IMG/VR virus record: IMGVR_UViG_3300044657_000873 | DNA length: 64,000 nucleotides | DNA from: an uncultured virus (IMG/VR IMGVR_UViG_3300044657_000873) | Taxonomy: Duplodnaviria; Heunggongvirae; Uroviricota; Caudoviricetes | Direction: 5' to 3' (one strand) | Shown: positions 20,168 through 29,483 of the stretch, one piece after another | How the letters are laid out: each line of letters opens with the position of its first letter | How positions within the stretch are numbered: position 1 is the first letter of the stretch | Notes under the pieces: generated by a model | Told to the model about the DNA's origin: nothing | Database searches by the model: none | The model's input: the letters and a program-made list of their open reading frames with translations, nothing else | Position numbers and translations under genes: made by a program

Positions 20168-21852
20168 TTAATAACTCCCTTATTTTTTAGTACTTCGATT
20201 CGTTTTTGTTCCCAGCTATTGATTCTACCCCTTTGTGCCACCATAGAATCGTAAGCAACATGAAAATCAAAAACTTGTCTCTGATTTGCACCATCAAATG
20301 CCTGACTACATTCATTAAAGTACATACCACCAGTTGATCCCGTAGACGACTTATAAGTTAAATCTCTGATCATTCTAGATTCAAAAAATGTTCCTACCCT
20401 TGATGGATCTCTCAGAACATTTCTGATAAGGTACTGAGCCTGCATAGTTGGACTTACATTCTCCAATTGGTCATCTGGAATCTTACCTGCGGGATCTAGA
20501 ACCCGTGGAGGCGAAGCCCAAGTTTGCTCAATAGGTCTAATAGGAGCATTGTCAAAGATTTGCTCCCACTTGTTTCCACTAAGGTGCCACTGGAAGTGCT
20601 TTTCAAAGTTCTTCCTTGTTCGCTTACCTTCTGCGGCACGTTCTTCGTCAGTTTTATCTTCAAAGAAGTGACGGAAATATTCCGCTGCCGCATCATTATC
20701 TGGAACAGCACGAAGACAACCAGTCTCTAACTCTTTATAAAGTGCAGCCGGTTTGATGGGATGACCTTGCAGTTTACGAATCTCACTCTCCATAGCAGAG
20801 TAGTCAGTGCCGCATACTGGAACGCCACAAGCAGCAGCTTCTACATAGGGCAAGCCAAAACCTTCACAGTTAGCATACTGAGTGTAAAGATCAAAGAGGT
20901 TCTGGATTCGAGACAGATCCTCGTAAGACGCACCATTCTTTACGTTTGATAGAGTAGAACCCCATTTTCCAGTGTATGGAGACTGTGCTACAGCACCCTT
21001 AAACAATGATGGGAATGGCTTTTTTGTCTCAGGACAGATATAGGTGAACAAAATATGTGAAGACAGGTTGTTTTGCAAGATTAACTCTGGAATATCCCAA
21101 CCAAGATCAGGATAAGAAGTATGACAATAAAGATAATACTTCTTGCTTTCCGACTTATCTAAGAATTTCCTAAATGCTTCAAATAAATCTGGGTACAGTT
21201 TACGTCGTTGATTACGCATAACAGTTCCAATGATTTTATATTCTGGGTCAATCCCCATAGATAGCTTGTGTGCTTTCTTATCTTCAATGGGGTGATATGC
21301 TGGATGAGCAGAAGGCGGTGAAGATCCATGATACTTAATCTTACCACCAGACTGATCTGCAAGTACAGTTCCTGCCCAATCAGAGTATGTCAGACAAGCA
21401 TCAGCACCAGCATATGTTGAAATCCACTGTCGTGCTTGCGGTCTAGCATCGACCGTTGGCATAATTACCCAATCGAAATAGGGTCGAAAAGGGCTTCTCT
21501 CTGCGAAGTCGAGCATCCAAAAGTCTCGAATATCGCACACGATATCAGGCAAGAAATCTAAGCAAACATGCTCAAAAATCCATTCTCCAAATTGGTTTGT
21601 AGCGGATGATCCAAACGCCTGAAGTTCTTCCTGACTTGCCTTCGGTTCGCAGTCTGTGTTTGGCTGAACGCCGTAGAATTTCCAAGGAATATTTGCTGCC
21701 CTTGGGTCATTTCGTTGACCGTAAGCTGCCAATTCTGCAAGCTCATATTTTCCAGTGGAGTGTAGGTAATTCAAGATCTCACGAGTGTAGGTCGCGTATC
21801 CAGTGTTAAGGAAAGTAGCTTCGCTACAGAACAGAATTCGTTTTTTTCTCAT
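20164..21852 (-). CDS. Large GT4-like glycosyltransferase
   Basis: RNQRRK, EGFGLPYVEAAACG; probable start MRKKRILF. Confidence 0.85.
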   Translation of the reverse strand: MRKKRILFCSEATFLNTGYATYTREILNYLHSTGKYELAELAAYGQRNDPRAANIPWKFYGVQPNTDCEPKASQEELQAFGSSATNQFGEWIFEHVCLDFLPDIVCDIRDFWMLDFAERSPFRPYFDWVIMPTVDARPQARQWISTYAGADACLTYSDWAGTVLADQSGGKIKYHGSSPPSAHPAYHPIEDKKAHKLSMGIDPEYKIIGTVMRNQRRKLYPDLFEAFRKFLDKSESKKYYLYCHTSYPDLGWDIPELILQNNLSSHILFTYICPETKKPFPSLFKGAVAQSPYTGKWGSTLSNVKNGASYEDLSRIQNLFDLYTQYANCEGFGLPYVEAAACGVPVCGTDYSAMESEIRKLQGHPIKPAALYKELETGCLRAVPDNDAAAEYFRHFFEDKTDEERAAEGKRTRKNFEKHFQWHLSGNKWEQIFDNAPIRPIEQTWASPPRVLDPAGKIPDDQLENVSPTMQAQYLIRNVLRDPSRVGTFFESRMIRDLTYKSSTGSTGGMYFNECSQAFDGANQRQVFDFHVAYDSMVAQRGRINSWEQKRIEVLKNKGVIK

Positions 21853-21853
21853 C

Positions 21854-22171
21854 TTATTCCTTGTCCAAACATCCAAAGTCGAATTGATTAACTCTAAAAA
21901 TAATATCGTCCACAGAGTCGGTTTTAAGAACACCGTTTCTGGCAGAAGCGTGTACGGTCATTTTCATCCCCCTCTTTCCTAGTTTAGCGATGGCATCTGC
22001 ACCACTATCAAAGGCTTGGAAGGTTACGGTTGTTGGGTAACGCTTCTTTTCACCACGCCTGTTTCTTGTGTACTCGTATGTTACCAGTTTAAAAGTGCAA
22101 ACTGATGGATTCGGTTCGTAACCCACATTTGGGTCAAATAATAGATACCCTGTAAAAATACAATGGTTCAT
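21854..22171 (-). CDS. Divergent short single-stranded DNA-binding protein
   Basis: MNHCIFTGYL OB-fold start, AIAKLGKRG. Confidence 0.65.
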   Translation of the reverse strand: MNHCIFTGYLLFDPNVGYEPNPSVCTFKLVTYEYTRNRRGEKKRYPTTVTFQAFDSGADAIAKLGKRGMKMTVHASARNGVLKTDSVDDIIFRVNQFDFGCLDKE

Positions 22172-22182
22172 GTGTACTCCTT

Positions 22183-22211
22183 ATTATAGCTCACTAATCA
22201 GTTTTTTACAA
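22183..22211 (-). promoter_or_regulatory. Sigma70-type promoter
   Basis: TTGTAA-17-TATAAT upstream of the SSB-like gene and glycan cluster. Confidence 0.6.
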
Positions 22212-23777
22212 CTACATTTCGTGAATTTTATTAACAATAAACGAATTATCCTTCTCGATCTCACCGCAGAGCATGAGATTGGCACCTTCATAGAGAACAA
22301 ACTGATATTTGTCTCTTGCGTCTGGGAAAACGATAACATTGTCTAGAGAGCAAGTGGCATCTTCGATTGTCAGGAACGACATAATCCGGCCCTTTTGCTT
22401 GCTATTCTTCTTGTTAATTTTATGATTAGCTACACGTTGGACATTCGCTACAATGCAAATATCCTTGCCAAACTTTCCGTTGGCTACTTCTTGACATGTA
22501 GTGTTAGCGATTGATGCGTCGATAGCATCTGTGTATTGATACGAAATTGGACAACCCAAGAGTTTGACCTCTTCTGCAATAACCCATTGCGGCTCATCAG
22601 ACATTTCATATGGTGGATTTTTTAGCATCTCAATCTCACCGTACACAATCTGACTACGATTGGCGTTGCTACAGCCACCACCCATCTTCTTGGTAGGAGA
22701 CAGATCTTTGAAACAATCCTGTAGTTTTGACCACTTCTTTTCAGGATAGTTCTCTGTTACCCATTTTACTTCTGTCTTAGTTAGCTCACGCCAAATTAGG
22801 TATTCGTAAAGAGCTTGATTCCTAGTCACTCCAGTTGACTTGGTAGAGAAAAATCCAATACCAGAAAGTGCCTTGAGAGCCGTAGATGTGATCTTAGGTG
22901 CGATGTAAACGAGAACATCCATCCAAGTAAAATCTTTTAGAGGCTTATTGATTTCTTCTGACGTTTCGTGAATAGCTTTGATAACTTTATCACCAGTGAC
23001 ACCAGTAAGACCTTTAACGTCACGAACTCCAAACTGAATGTCATCGCCAAAGATGGCAAACTTCTCAGAGAACCTGTTTAGTTTAGGAGTCTTTACTAGT
23101 ATATTGAATAGTTTAGCTTCGTTTACTAGCTCATAGATTTCCCGATGAGTATCTTGCTTTTCATTCGCATAGTACAGATAGGACAAGAAGAACTCTTTTG
23201 TGTAGTTCGCCTTATAGTACGCAGACCAGTATGAATCGAGTGCATAGGCAACGGCGTGAGACTTATTAAAAGAATAACGAGACGACTTTTCAATCCAGTC
23301 AAAAATCTGGTTTGCAGCGTCTTGATCTACAAGTCCGACCTTCCCACACCCCTCAATAAACTGTCCACGAATCTCAGTCATGAGAGACGCTTTCTTTTTA
23401 CCAATAGCTTTACGAAGGTTATCTGCCTCCATCTCATTGAATCCCGCAGCTTTAACCGCGATAAGCATAGCCTGTTCTTGGTATACAAGTACGCCATACG
23501 TGGTCTCTAGAATTTCTTCTAGACTAGGATGAGGATAAACGACATCTTCTCTTTTATGTTTACGGTCTACGAAGTGCTGAGTCATAGACTTGCCCTCGCT
23601 AACCGCCTTCAACGTTCCGGGCCTGATGATAGCGATCAATGCCGCTAGTTCTTCAAGGTTTTCCGGTGCAACTCTTTTGGACCATGCACGACCAAGGTTA
23701 CTCTCAAGTTGAAAAAGCCCCTTAGTCAATCCGTCTTTGTATAAGGCCCAAGCCTTTGGATCATTTTTGTCAATCAT
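22212..23777 (-). CDS. dnaE: DNA polymerase III alpha, C-terminal part (fingers, HhH, OB)
   Basis: GLFQLES, IRPG, TYGVLVYQEQ, LRKAIGKK, YSFNKSHAVAY. Confidence 0.92.
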   Translation of the reverse strand: MIDKNDPKAWALYKDGLTKGLFQLESNLGRAWSKRVAPENLEELAALIAIIRPGTLKAVSEGKSMTQHFVDRKHKREDVVYPHPSLEEILETTYGVLVYQEQAMLIAVKAAGFNEMEADNLRKAIGKKKASLMTEIRGQFIEGCGKVGLVDQDAANQIFDWIEKSSRYSFNKSHAVAYALDSYWSAYYKANYTKEFFLSYLYYANEKQDTHREIYELVNEAKLFNILVKTPKLNRFSEKFAIFGDDIQFGVRDVKGLTGVTGDKVIKAIHETSEEINKPLKDFTWMDVLVYIAPKITSTALKALSGIGFFSTKSTGVTRNQALYEYLIWRELTKTEVKWVTENYPEKKWSKLQDCFKDLSPTKKMGGGCSNANRSQIVYGEIEMLKNPPYEMSDEPQWVIAEEVKLLGCPISYQYTDAIDASIANTTCQEVANGKFGKDICIVANVQRVANHKINKKNSKQKGRIMSFLTIEDATCSLDNVIVFPDARDKYQFVLYEGANLMLCGEIEKDNSFIVNKIHEM

Positions 23778-23784
23778 TTAAATC

Positions 23785-23874
23785 TCAATAATCTCCTAAA
23801 ATACTTTCTTCTAGATTAAATTTTGGTATAGACAAAATATATCTTTTAATTTCCTCTAATTCAATGTCGCTCAT
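23785..23874 (-). pseudogene. 29-aa ORF or gene remnant
   Basis: ATGA overlap with the exonuclease stop; MSDIELEEIKRYILSIPKFNLEESILGDY. Confidence 0.35.
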
Positions 23875-24545
23875 ACGAACAATTTCCCATCGGCAAATGC
23901 TTTTTCAAATTTCATATTTCTGTAGACTGCTCGTCTGGACTTTTGCAGTTTGATCCAGATATTTGCTGTATCCTTAACGTCTTGGAGAGCATCGTGAGCG
24001 TTCTCACTGGATAGTCCCATTCTTTCTCGCAAGCTATCCATACTAATAGACTTAACATTTGGATCTCCTTCTGTCCACATCCACACATCGTCCATTACGT
24101 CAATTTTATAAATCTGATGAAAGAGTTTCTGGCAGCATCGCTTGTCATCATACGGTCCATACTGTTTGCACAGCCTGTCAACGATCTTCATGTCGTATCC
24201 GAGAATGTTGAATCCGCAGGGAATGGGTGCGAAGTAGGGCGTGCCCTTCCAATTGTACTTATTGACAAACGTACAGAACTTCTTCCAAACGCCCTTTGGT
24301 AGTGGTGCCTTGGCAAGTTGTTCTCTTGTTTGCCCCGTTACTTTCAACGCTCCTTCTTCAATAGGGTCAACACCAGCGGCAATAGCTTCATCATCATCTA
24401 TAATGGGACGCATCATACTATTAAATGAACCCTTTAGCTTAAAGTTCCTACCGTCAAGTGCGATAGCAGCAATCTGTGTAGGTTGGCAACGGAGCGGGTT
24501 ACGCCCTCCTGTTTCAAAGTCGAACACGACGATATCCCGATTCAT
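23871..24545 (-). CDS. DEDDh 3'-5' exonuclease (epsilon-like)
   Basis: FDFETGG, GFNILGYD, AHDALQD. Confidence 0.88.
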   Translation of the reverse strand: MNRDIVVFDFETGGRNPLRCQPTQIAAIALDGRNFKLKGSFNSMMRPIIDDDEAIAAGVDPIEEGALKVTGQTREQLAKAPLPKGVWKKFCTFVNKYNWKGTPYFAPIPCGFNILGYDMKIVDRLCKQYGPYDDKRCCQKLFHQIYKIDVMDDVWMWTEGDPNVKSISMDSLRERMGLSSENAHDALQDVKDTANIWIKLQKSRRAVYRNMKFEKAFADGKLFV

Positions 24546-24547
24546 AG

Positions 24548-24735
24548 TTATTTCCTATCTGAATGTGAAAAAGTTTTTTGTATCTCTTGGCTTTTATTTT
24601 GAAAAGTAACAGCTTCACAAAAGTCTAAAAACTCTTGTTCTTCCATGTTGCCTTTCATTATATTAACCCTTTTGTGCAACCACTGCACGTTTCCTTCGAT
24701 ATACCCTTTCGAGCTATCAATTTCAAGACACGTAG
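24548..24735 (-). pseudogene. Truncated HNH-type homing endonuclease
   Basis: IDSSKGYIEGNVQWLHKRVNIMK...FLDFC*; N-terminal part missing. Confidence 0.7.
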
Positions 24736-26367
24736 TTATGCTGATTTTCCCAGCAATTCTTCAATATACATCAATTTATCGAGGAGATTCAACCCAAGAA
24801 GGTCAAACTTAACGTGACCTAGTGCTTCTAGATCGTTCATTTCCAATCCCGCAATCTTTTCGCCGCCACTCTTTTGGTTCACCATAGGGCAAACTTTGTA
24901 TAGTGGTGCGGAAGAGATAACAACGCCAGCAGCGTGTTTTCCCTGTGTCTTAAATGTACCTTCAATATCAATGGCCTGCTGGAAGTATTCTGCAAAGTCT
25001 CCCTGCAATCTACCCTCATCGTCGATATGGCAGTAGTCCATAAGGTCGTCTGCACGATTCTGTAATGTCCAGCGAATGATAGAGCGATCTTCTTCGTCCA
25101 TCTGTGAAAGTTGGTCAGAAATGGCGGCTTCGTCTGGAATGTACTTTGTGATCTCGTTCATTTCGGCAAAACCACAAGCATCATTTACACGAAGAACTTC
25201 TTTCATCGCACTTCGCCCTTGCAATCTACCAAACGTGAGCATCTGACTAACATTGTTAGATCCGTACTTCTCTTTGAGTCTAGCGATGATCTCATCACGT
25301 TTATTTCCGGGAACGTCCATATCAACATCAGGTAAAGAGATGTGATCTTCTGTATTACGACCCTCATTGTAGAATCGTTCAAACAGCAGATTAAACTCGA
25401 TGGGGTCAATCTCTGTAATACCAACTAGGTAGGAAATAAGGCAACCGGCAGCAGATCCACGGCCCGGACCTACCATCCAGCCCTGCTCACGACACCAATT
25501 TAAAATATCCCAAACGATGAGAAAATACCCAAACAGATTTGCTTTTTCAATAACGGCAAACTCTTTGTTAAATCTGTCGCCATAGGTTTTTCTATCTAGC
25601 TCACTCTTGATCTTGTCATTTAGTAGTGTCATCCAACCTTGTCTTGCGAGGTGACGTAGGTAGTCGCCCTCGCTTTTATAATCAGACGGTATATCAAACT
25701 TGGGAAGGATGGGCTTGCTAAGAATATTAAAATTCTCTACCTTGTTTAAGATTTCATCAAACTCATCCATACGAGGGTCGTCGATAACTAACTTTGCAGA
25801 CTCTAACTTGTCTTTAAGGTAAAAATCACTAGAATCAAAGAATACAGAAAGGTCATCTTGTTCCACGCCATTCTTCTTTACTTTATGTAGAGTGGTCTTT
25901 AGTTTTCCACAAAGCACAATCCTGTGCAAATCTGCTTGGCTTTTATCTGAGTAAAAAGTTTTTAAGAAAGCATCAGACCATTGGTAAAAGTCATCGCCAG
26001 TAATTGGAGACAGAGCCTCTGAATTGGCAATGCAAATAAGGTTGCCTTGTCGTGCTAGGCGAACCATAGTGCCTCGATCCTCATTACCGTCTGTATCAAT
26101 TGTAGAGACAATCTCGATGAGGTTCAGCCATCCCTCATGGTTTTTGGCAAAAAGAGCAAAGCCATCGAAAGAACAACCAATAATAGGTTTGATATCATTG
26201 TCGATGCAGGCTTTATAGAAAGATACAGCACCACTGATTGTTTTGTAATCAGCGATGCCACATGCGGGGTAAGAATTCTGCTTGCACTTCTTAGCAAGCT
26301 CATTTGGCTTGGAAAAGCCGTACTGTAGCGAATAGTGGGTGTAGTTCAGTAGCGGAAACCACTTCAT
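24736..26367 (-). CDS. dnaE: DNA polymerase III alpha, N-terminal part (PHP, palm, thumb)
   Basis: THYSL, GPGRGSAAG, FERF, PDVDMD, GKHAAG, VKFDLLGL. Confidence 0.93.
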   Translation of the reverse strand: MKWFPLLNYTHYSLQYGFSKPNELAKKCKQNSYPACGIADYKTISGAVSFYKACIDNDIKPIIGCSFDGFALFAKNHEGWLNLIEIVSTIDTDGNEDRGTMVRLARQGNLICIANSEALSPITGDDFYQWSDAFLKTFYSDKSQADLHRIVLCGKLKTTLHKVKKNGVEQDDLSVFFDSSDFYLKDKLESAKLVIDDPRMDEFDEILNKVENFNILSKPILPKFDIPSDYKSEGDYLRHLARQGWMTLLNDKIKSELDRKTYGDRFNKEFAVIEKANLFGYFLIVWDILNWCREQGWMVGPGRGSAAGCLISYLVGITEIDPIEFNLLFERFYNEGRNTEDHISLPDVDMDVPGNKRDEIIARLKEKYGSNNVSQMLTFGRLQGRSAMKEVLRVNDACGFAEMNEITKYIPDEAAISDQLSQMDEEDRSIIRWTLQNRADDLMDYCHIDDEGRLQGDFAEYFQQAIDIEGTFKTQGKHAAGVVISSAPLYKVCPMVNQKSGGEKIAGLEMNDLEALGHVKFDLLGLNLLDKLMYIEELLGKSA

Positions 26368-26413
26368 AGTTATCCTTTTCAATTTTTAATTCAATGTTTT
26401 GCTCGACTACCCT

Positions 26414-26442
26414 ATTATAGTCTACGGGTCGCTATTTTGTAA
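26414..26442 (-). promoter_or_regulatory. Promoter with GTAGACTATAAT extended -10
   Basis: TTACAA-17-TATAAT. Confidence 0.6.
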
Positions 26443-26456
26443 GGGGTTTCTTAAAA

Positions 26457-28433
26457 TTATTCTTTTCTTTCTGAGAAAAATCTGTAGAACCTTTCGGAAG
26501 CAACGTATTTATCTTTAACAAACTCGTATATGCCTTCATCATTTATGAATACGTCTTCATACAAATCTAAATTACACTCTTGAATTATCGAATGTCGTTC
26601 TGCATATTGTCTGTGCTTGCTATCCCCATGCCAGAAATGATAAACTGGGCAGTTTTCTACAGTGGTTACGGAAAACAAATATTTAGACATATCAATTATT
26701 TTCTCTGTCATAAATTGTGCGTATTTCTTTATTTGTGGACACTCTTCTATTGATTTGACCCCTGTAGCCCGAAGATATGGTTGTGCTATAAGATCGTCAA
26801 TCATCTTTACAATAAGTGAAACACCCCCCTTTGTCGTTCTGGTTACGCCGAGGGCAAAATATTCGTCTCCGCTCCCGATGACAGCATTTGGAAACGGATT
26901 CTCTCCCATTCTTTTTAGAGCATCGACCCTACCACCCCAAACAAGTCCGGGGTTTCCATAAGGATTTTTCGGAAAGGCATCTGACCACCCTGAGTATGGT
27001 TCGAGATCTCTGAGTACAGATAATCTCGATGGTTTATATATGTGTACTTTTCCTGTCCTATCTGCCCAACCAAGATCCGTAACCAACTGAACAAAATCAA
27101 AACCTGATTCCATCTTGCTTATGGATACTTTTAACCATTCTTTGTTTAAAAACAATAAATCATGATCTAGCCAGACAATATACTTCTTTTCATCTTCAAT
27201 GTTTTTGACTGCAACATTTAGAAGTGCTTCTTTTTGCCACAAGCAATTCTTTTGCAAAGAACCTCTTATAATTATCGAGCCTTCTATTTGTTGCTCTTGA
27301 TCGTCGAATAGTAGTTCGTAGCACTTTACGAATGGTGCAACATTCCTCAAACCTTCTAAGAAAAGTGAATGAGTTTTTCTCAAGGTTTCTGAGCCTGTCG
27401 GATTAAAATGAACCGTTACTAACTCTACTTCATCCATGTTTTCGGGTAAGTCATATTCTTCTACCTTTGGAAAAACATCGCTCCAAATCGAAGAAGTTTT
27501 AAGATCAAATTCTGAGATATTTGTATTCTCTGCCAGCGTAGCTAGGGCGTGTCTTCTAGAGTCTTCGTGAAAACTCTCTGTATCCCTCATGTTGTTAAAG
27601 TGAAAAACATAACTTTCTTCAAAACGTTCCCAAAAATCTGATGCGTCAAAAACATTATTCCATTCTCTTCCCAGTTTGTAAATTTTTTCTATTGGTGTGT
27701 TTAGAGTCAACCACATTTGGTCAAAGCACCATAGGCGTGGGTAAGGAACTTTCGGCTGGGAATAATATTGAGAGCAGGATTTAGGGATTACCATAAATCC
27801 ACTATTTAGCATAGTCTTTCCACGATAAGCAACATTAAGAGCCTTTGAGATTCTGTGCATAGAATCATCTATCCAAAGATGGTTGTTGGTCCGATGATCT
27901 AGGTATACGCGATATTCATCGAAAGCAGAGATCTTATCATTGGGTGTTATCTCGAATATATTTGGTGCAGATTCTTTTATCACAATATCGCAATCTACAA
28001 AGAGTGTTTTCTCGTAGGTTTGTGCAACTTTCTCTAGTCTGAATTTATTAGAAATAGGGAATTCTTCGACCTGATCTCCTGTCAATTCTATATAATCAGC
28101 ATTACACTTTTCTGCGTACTTCTTGATGTTTTCGCGGGTAGCATCAAGAAGATTCATTGCCATTTCATTTGCTGGAATTACGCAAACTGCATAATCGCTT
28201 GTTGGTTCAGGAATATCATCAACAAAGTTTACAGTGCCTACTAAGTGTTTACCTGTAGCTTTTCGGACGACTCTCACTTCACCGTTAACCCTGTCGTGAT
28301 ATTGTTTTCTTCCTTCTTCTGTTAGCTCTTGACACCACTGCCAATTAGGAGGGGTGGCGGTCATTTCCTTTTTAAGAAGATCGCACCACCCCGCCTTTGG
28401 ACACTGACATTTAGAAAAGTCCTTCTCTACCAT
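26457..28433 (-). CDS. Two-domain glycosyltransferase with Cys-rich N-terminus
   Basis: FVDCD...NSGFMV...DQ (GT8-like) then WQKEALLN...WLDHD...GSGD...HFWHG; start overlaps upstream stop. Confidence 0.7.
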   Translation of the reverse strand: MVEKDFSKCQCPKAGWCDLLKKEMTATPPNWQWCQELTEEGRKQYHDRVNGEVRVVRKATGKHLVGTVNFVDDIPEPTSDYAVCVIPANEMAMNLLDATRENIKKYAEKCNADYIELTGDQVEEFPISNKFRLEKVAQTYEKTLFVDCDIVIKESAPNIFEITPNDKISAFDEYRVYLDHRTNNHLWIDDSMHRISKALNVAYRGKTMLNSGFMVIPKSCSQYYSQPKVPYPRLWCFDQMWLTLNTPIEKIYKLGREWNNVFDASDFWERFEESYVFHFNNMRDTESFHEDSRRHALATLAENTNISEFDLKTSSIWSDVFPKVEEYDLPENMDEVELVTVHFNPTGSETLRKTHSLFLEGLRNVAPFVKCYELLFDDQEQQIEGSIIIRGSLQKNCLWQKEALLNVAVKNIEDEKKYIVWLDHDLLFLNKEWLKVSISKMESGFDFVQLVTDLGWADRTGKVHIYKPSRLSVLRDLEPYSGWSDAFPKNPYGNPGLVWGGRVDALKRMGENPFPNAVIGSGDEYFALGVTRTTKGGVSLIVKMIDDLIAQPYLRATGVKSIEECPQIKKYAQFMTEKIIDMSKYLFSVTTVENCPVYHFWHGDSKHRQYAERHSIIQECNLDLYEDVFINDEGIYEFVKDKYVASERFYRFFSERKE

Positions 28434-29386
28434 GCCCGACAACTCCAATATCGTGCTTTCCAACGAGGACCGGGATTGTCACAGTTATGTCTAGCTCGGA
28501 ATGATTTTCGTCGTTCAGGAATATTCTTCTTGATCTTCATATTAGGATCACCAAAACGAACAATTACAACCTTGCCAGAACCATTCTTAACATAAACAGC
28601 ACTTTTCTTTGGCCCCTTTGGAGTACGGAAAGGTTTACCAAGCTGAACCTTGCGACCTTGGTATTCCGCAGCACGAGCAGGAACAAGAGTGCGACCATTT
28701 TTACGATAGATGCCCTTACGCTGATATTCGTATACTTCTCCAGTCTTAGGATCTTCATACTTGAAGCTGGCTTCTGTTTTATTGGCCTTAATAAAGTCAT
28801 AAATGTTTTGGATATAGACTTCAGACTTAGAAATCATATCTTTAGTCCAATCTTCAAACTTTACGCCTTCTAAGTATTCTTCGATTTCCATAAGCTGACG
28901 GTGCATCTTCATCAGTTGTTCACGTTGCATCTGACCTTCTTCGTACTCAGCAACGGTTTTATTCCATAACGATTGGGCTTTCTTCCAAGCCTCTGGATCA
29001 GGTCGATCTTTGTCGCCCTTCTTTGCTGGTTTGTAATTCTTACCTTCACGATCTTTCTTTTTACGAATATTTTCCCAGAGTCCGGGTTTGGCTTCTGAAA
29101 TGTCCCATTCCTCTGTCGCTTCACCCCAATCAATATCCGTCTCGTATTCTGCTTCCGCAGGGCAGTACCAATTGTCTTCTGTAATCTCTTCTGTAAATCC
29201 ATACTCTTCAAAGTTGATCTGGAAGTCAGCAGCTTCGATATGAGACATCCCATCACAGGCTTTGCTCATACAGACCGCTGTACGCTGCTTCTGATCTGGA
29301 TATTCTTTGTTAATTTTTGGATCACTCATACAGCGAGCAATAAATTCTACGGGCTTTTCACCGTCACGCTTTTCTGGTAGGGGCAT
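28427..29386 (-). CDS. Modular phage protein with C-terminal DUF6321-like domain
   Basis: FIARCMSD...QRTAVC; GLWENIRKK; VRFGDPNMKIK...SFRARHNC...ARYWSC. Confidence 0.65.
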   Translation of the reverse strand: MPLPEKRDGEKPVEFIARCMSDPKINKEYPDQKQRTAVCMSKACDGMSHIEAADFQINFEEYGFTEEITEDNWYCPAEAEYETDIDWGEATEEWDISEAKPGLWENIRKKKDREGKNYKPAKKGDKDRPDPEAWKKAQSLWNKTVAEYEEGQMQREQLMKMHRQLMEIEEYLEGVKFEDWTKDMISKSEVYIQNIYDFIKANKTEASFKYEDPKTGEVYEYQRKGIYRKNGRTLVPARAAEYQGRKVQLGKPFRTPKGPKKSAVYVKNGSGKVVIVRFGDPNMKIKKNIPERRKSFRARHNCDNPGPRWKARYWSCRAW

Positions 29387-29483
29387 TTTTAACTCCTATA
29401 AGGTTGTAATCGAGGAAATAATTTATACCGTATTGGTAAGTGTTGCGACTCTAACTAATAATAATAAAATTTTCTTCTTTTTA

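Noticed and set aside
22212..26367. Split intein or group I intron in dnaE
   Set aside because: No intein start or HN/C end motifs; the intervening DNA is filled with coupled ORFs
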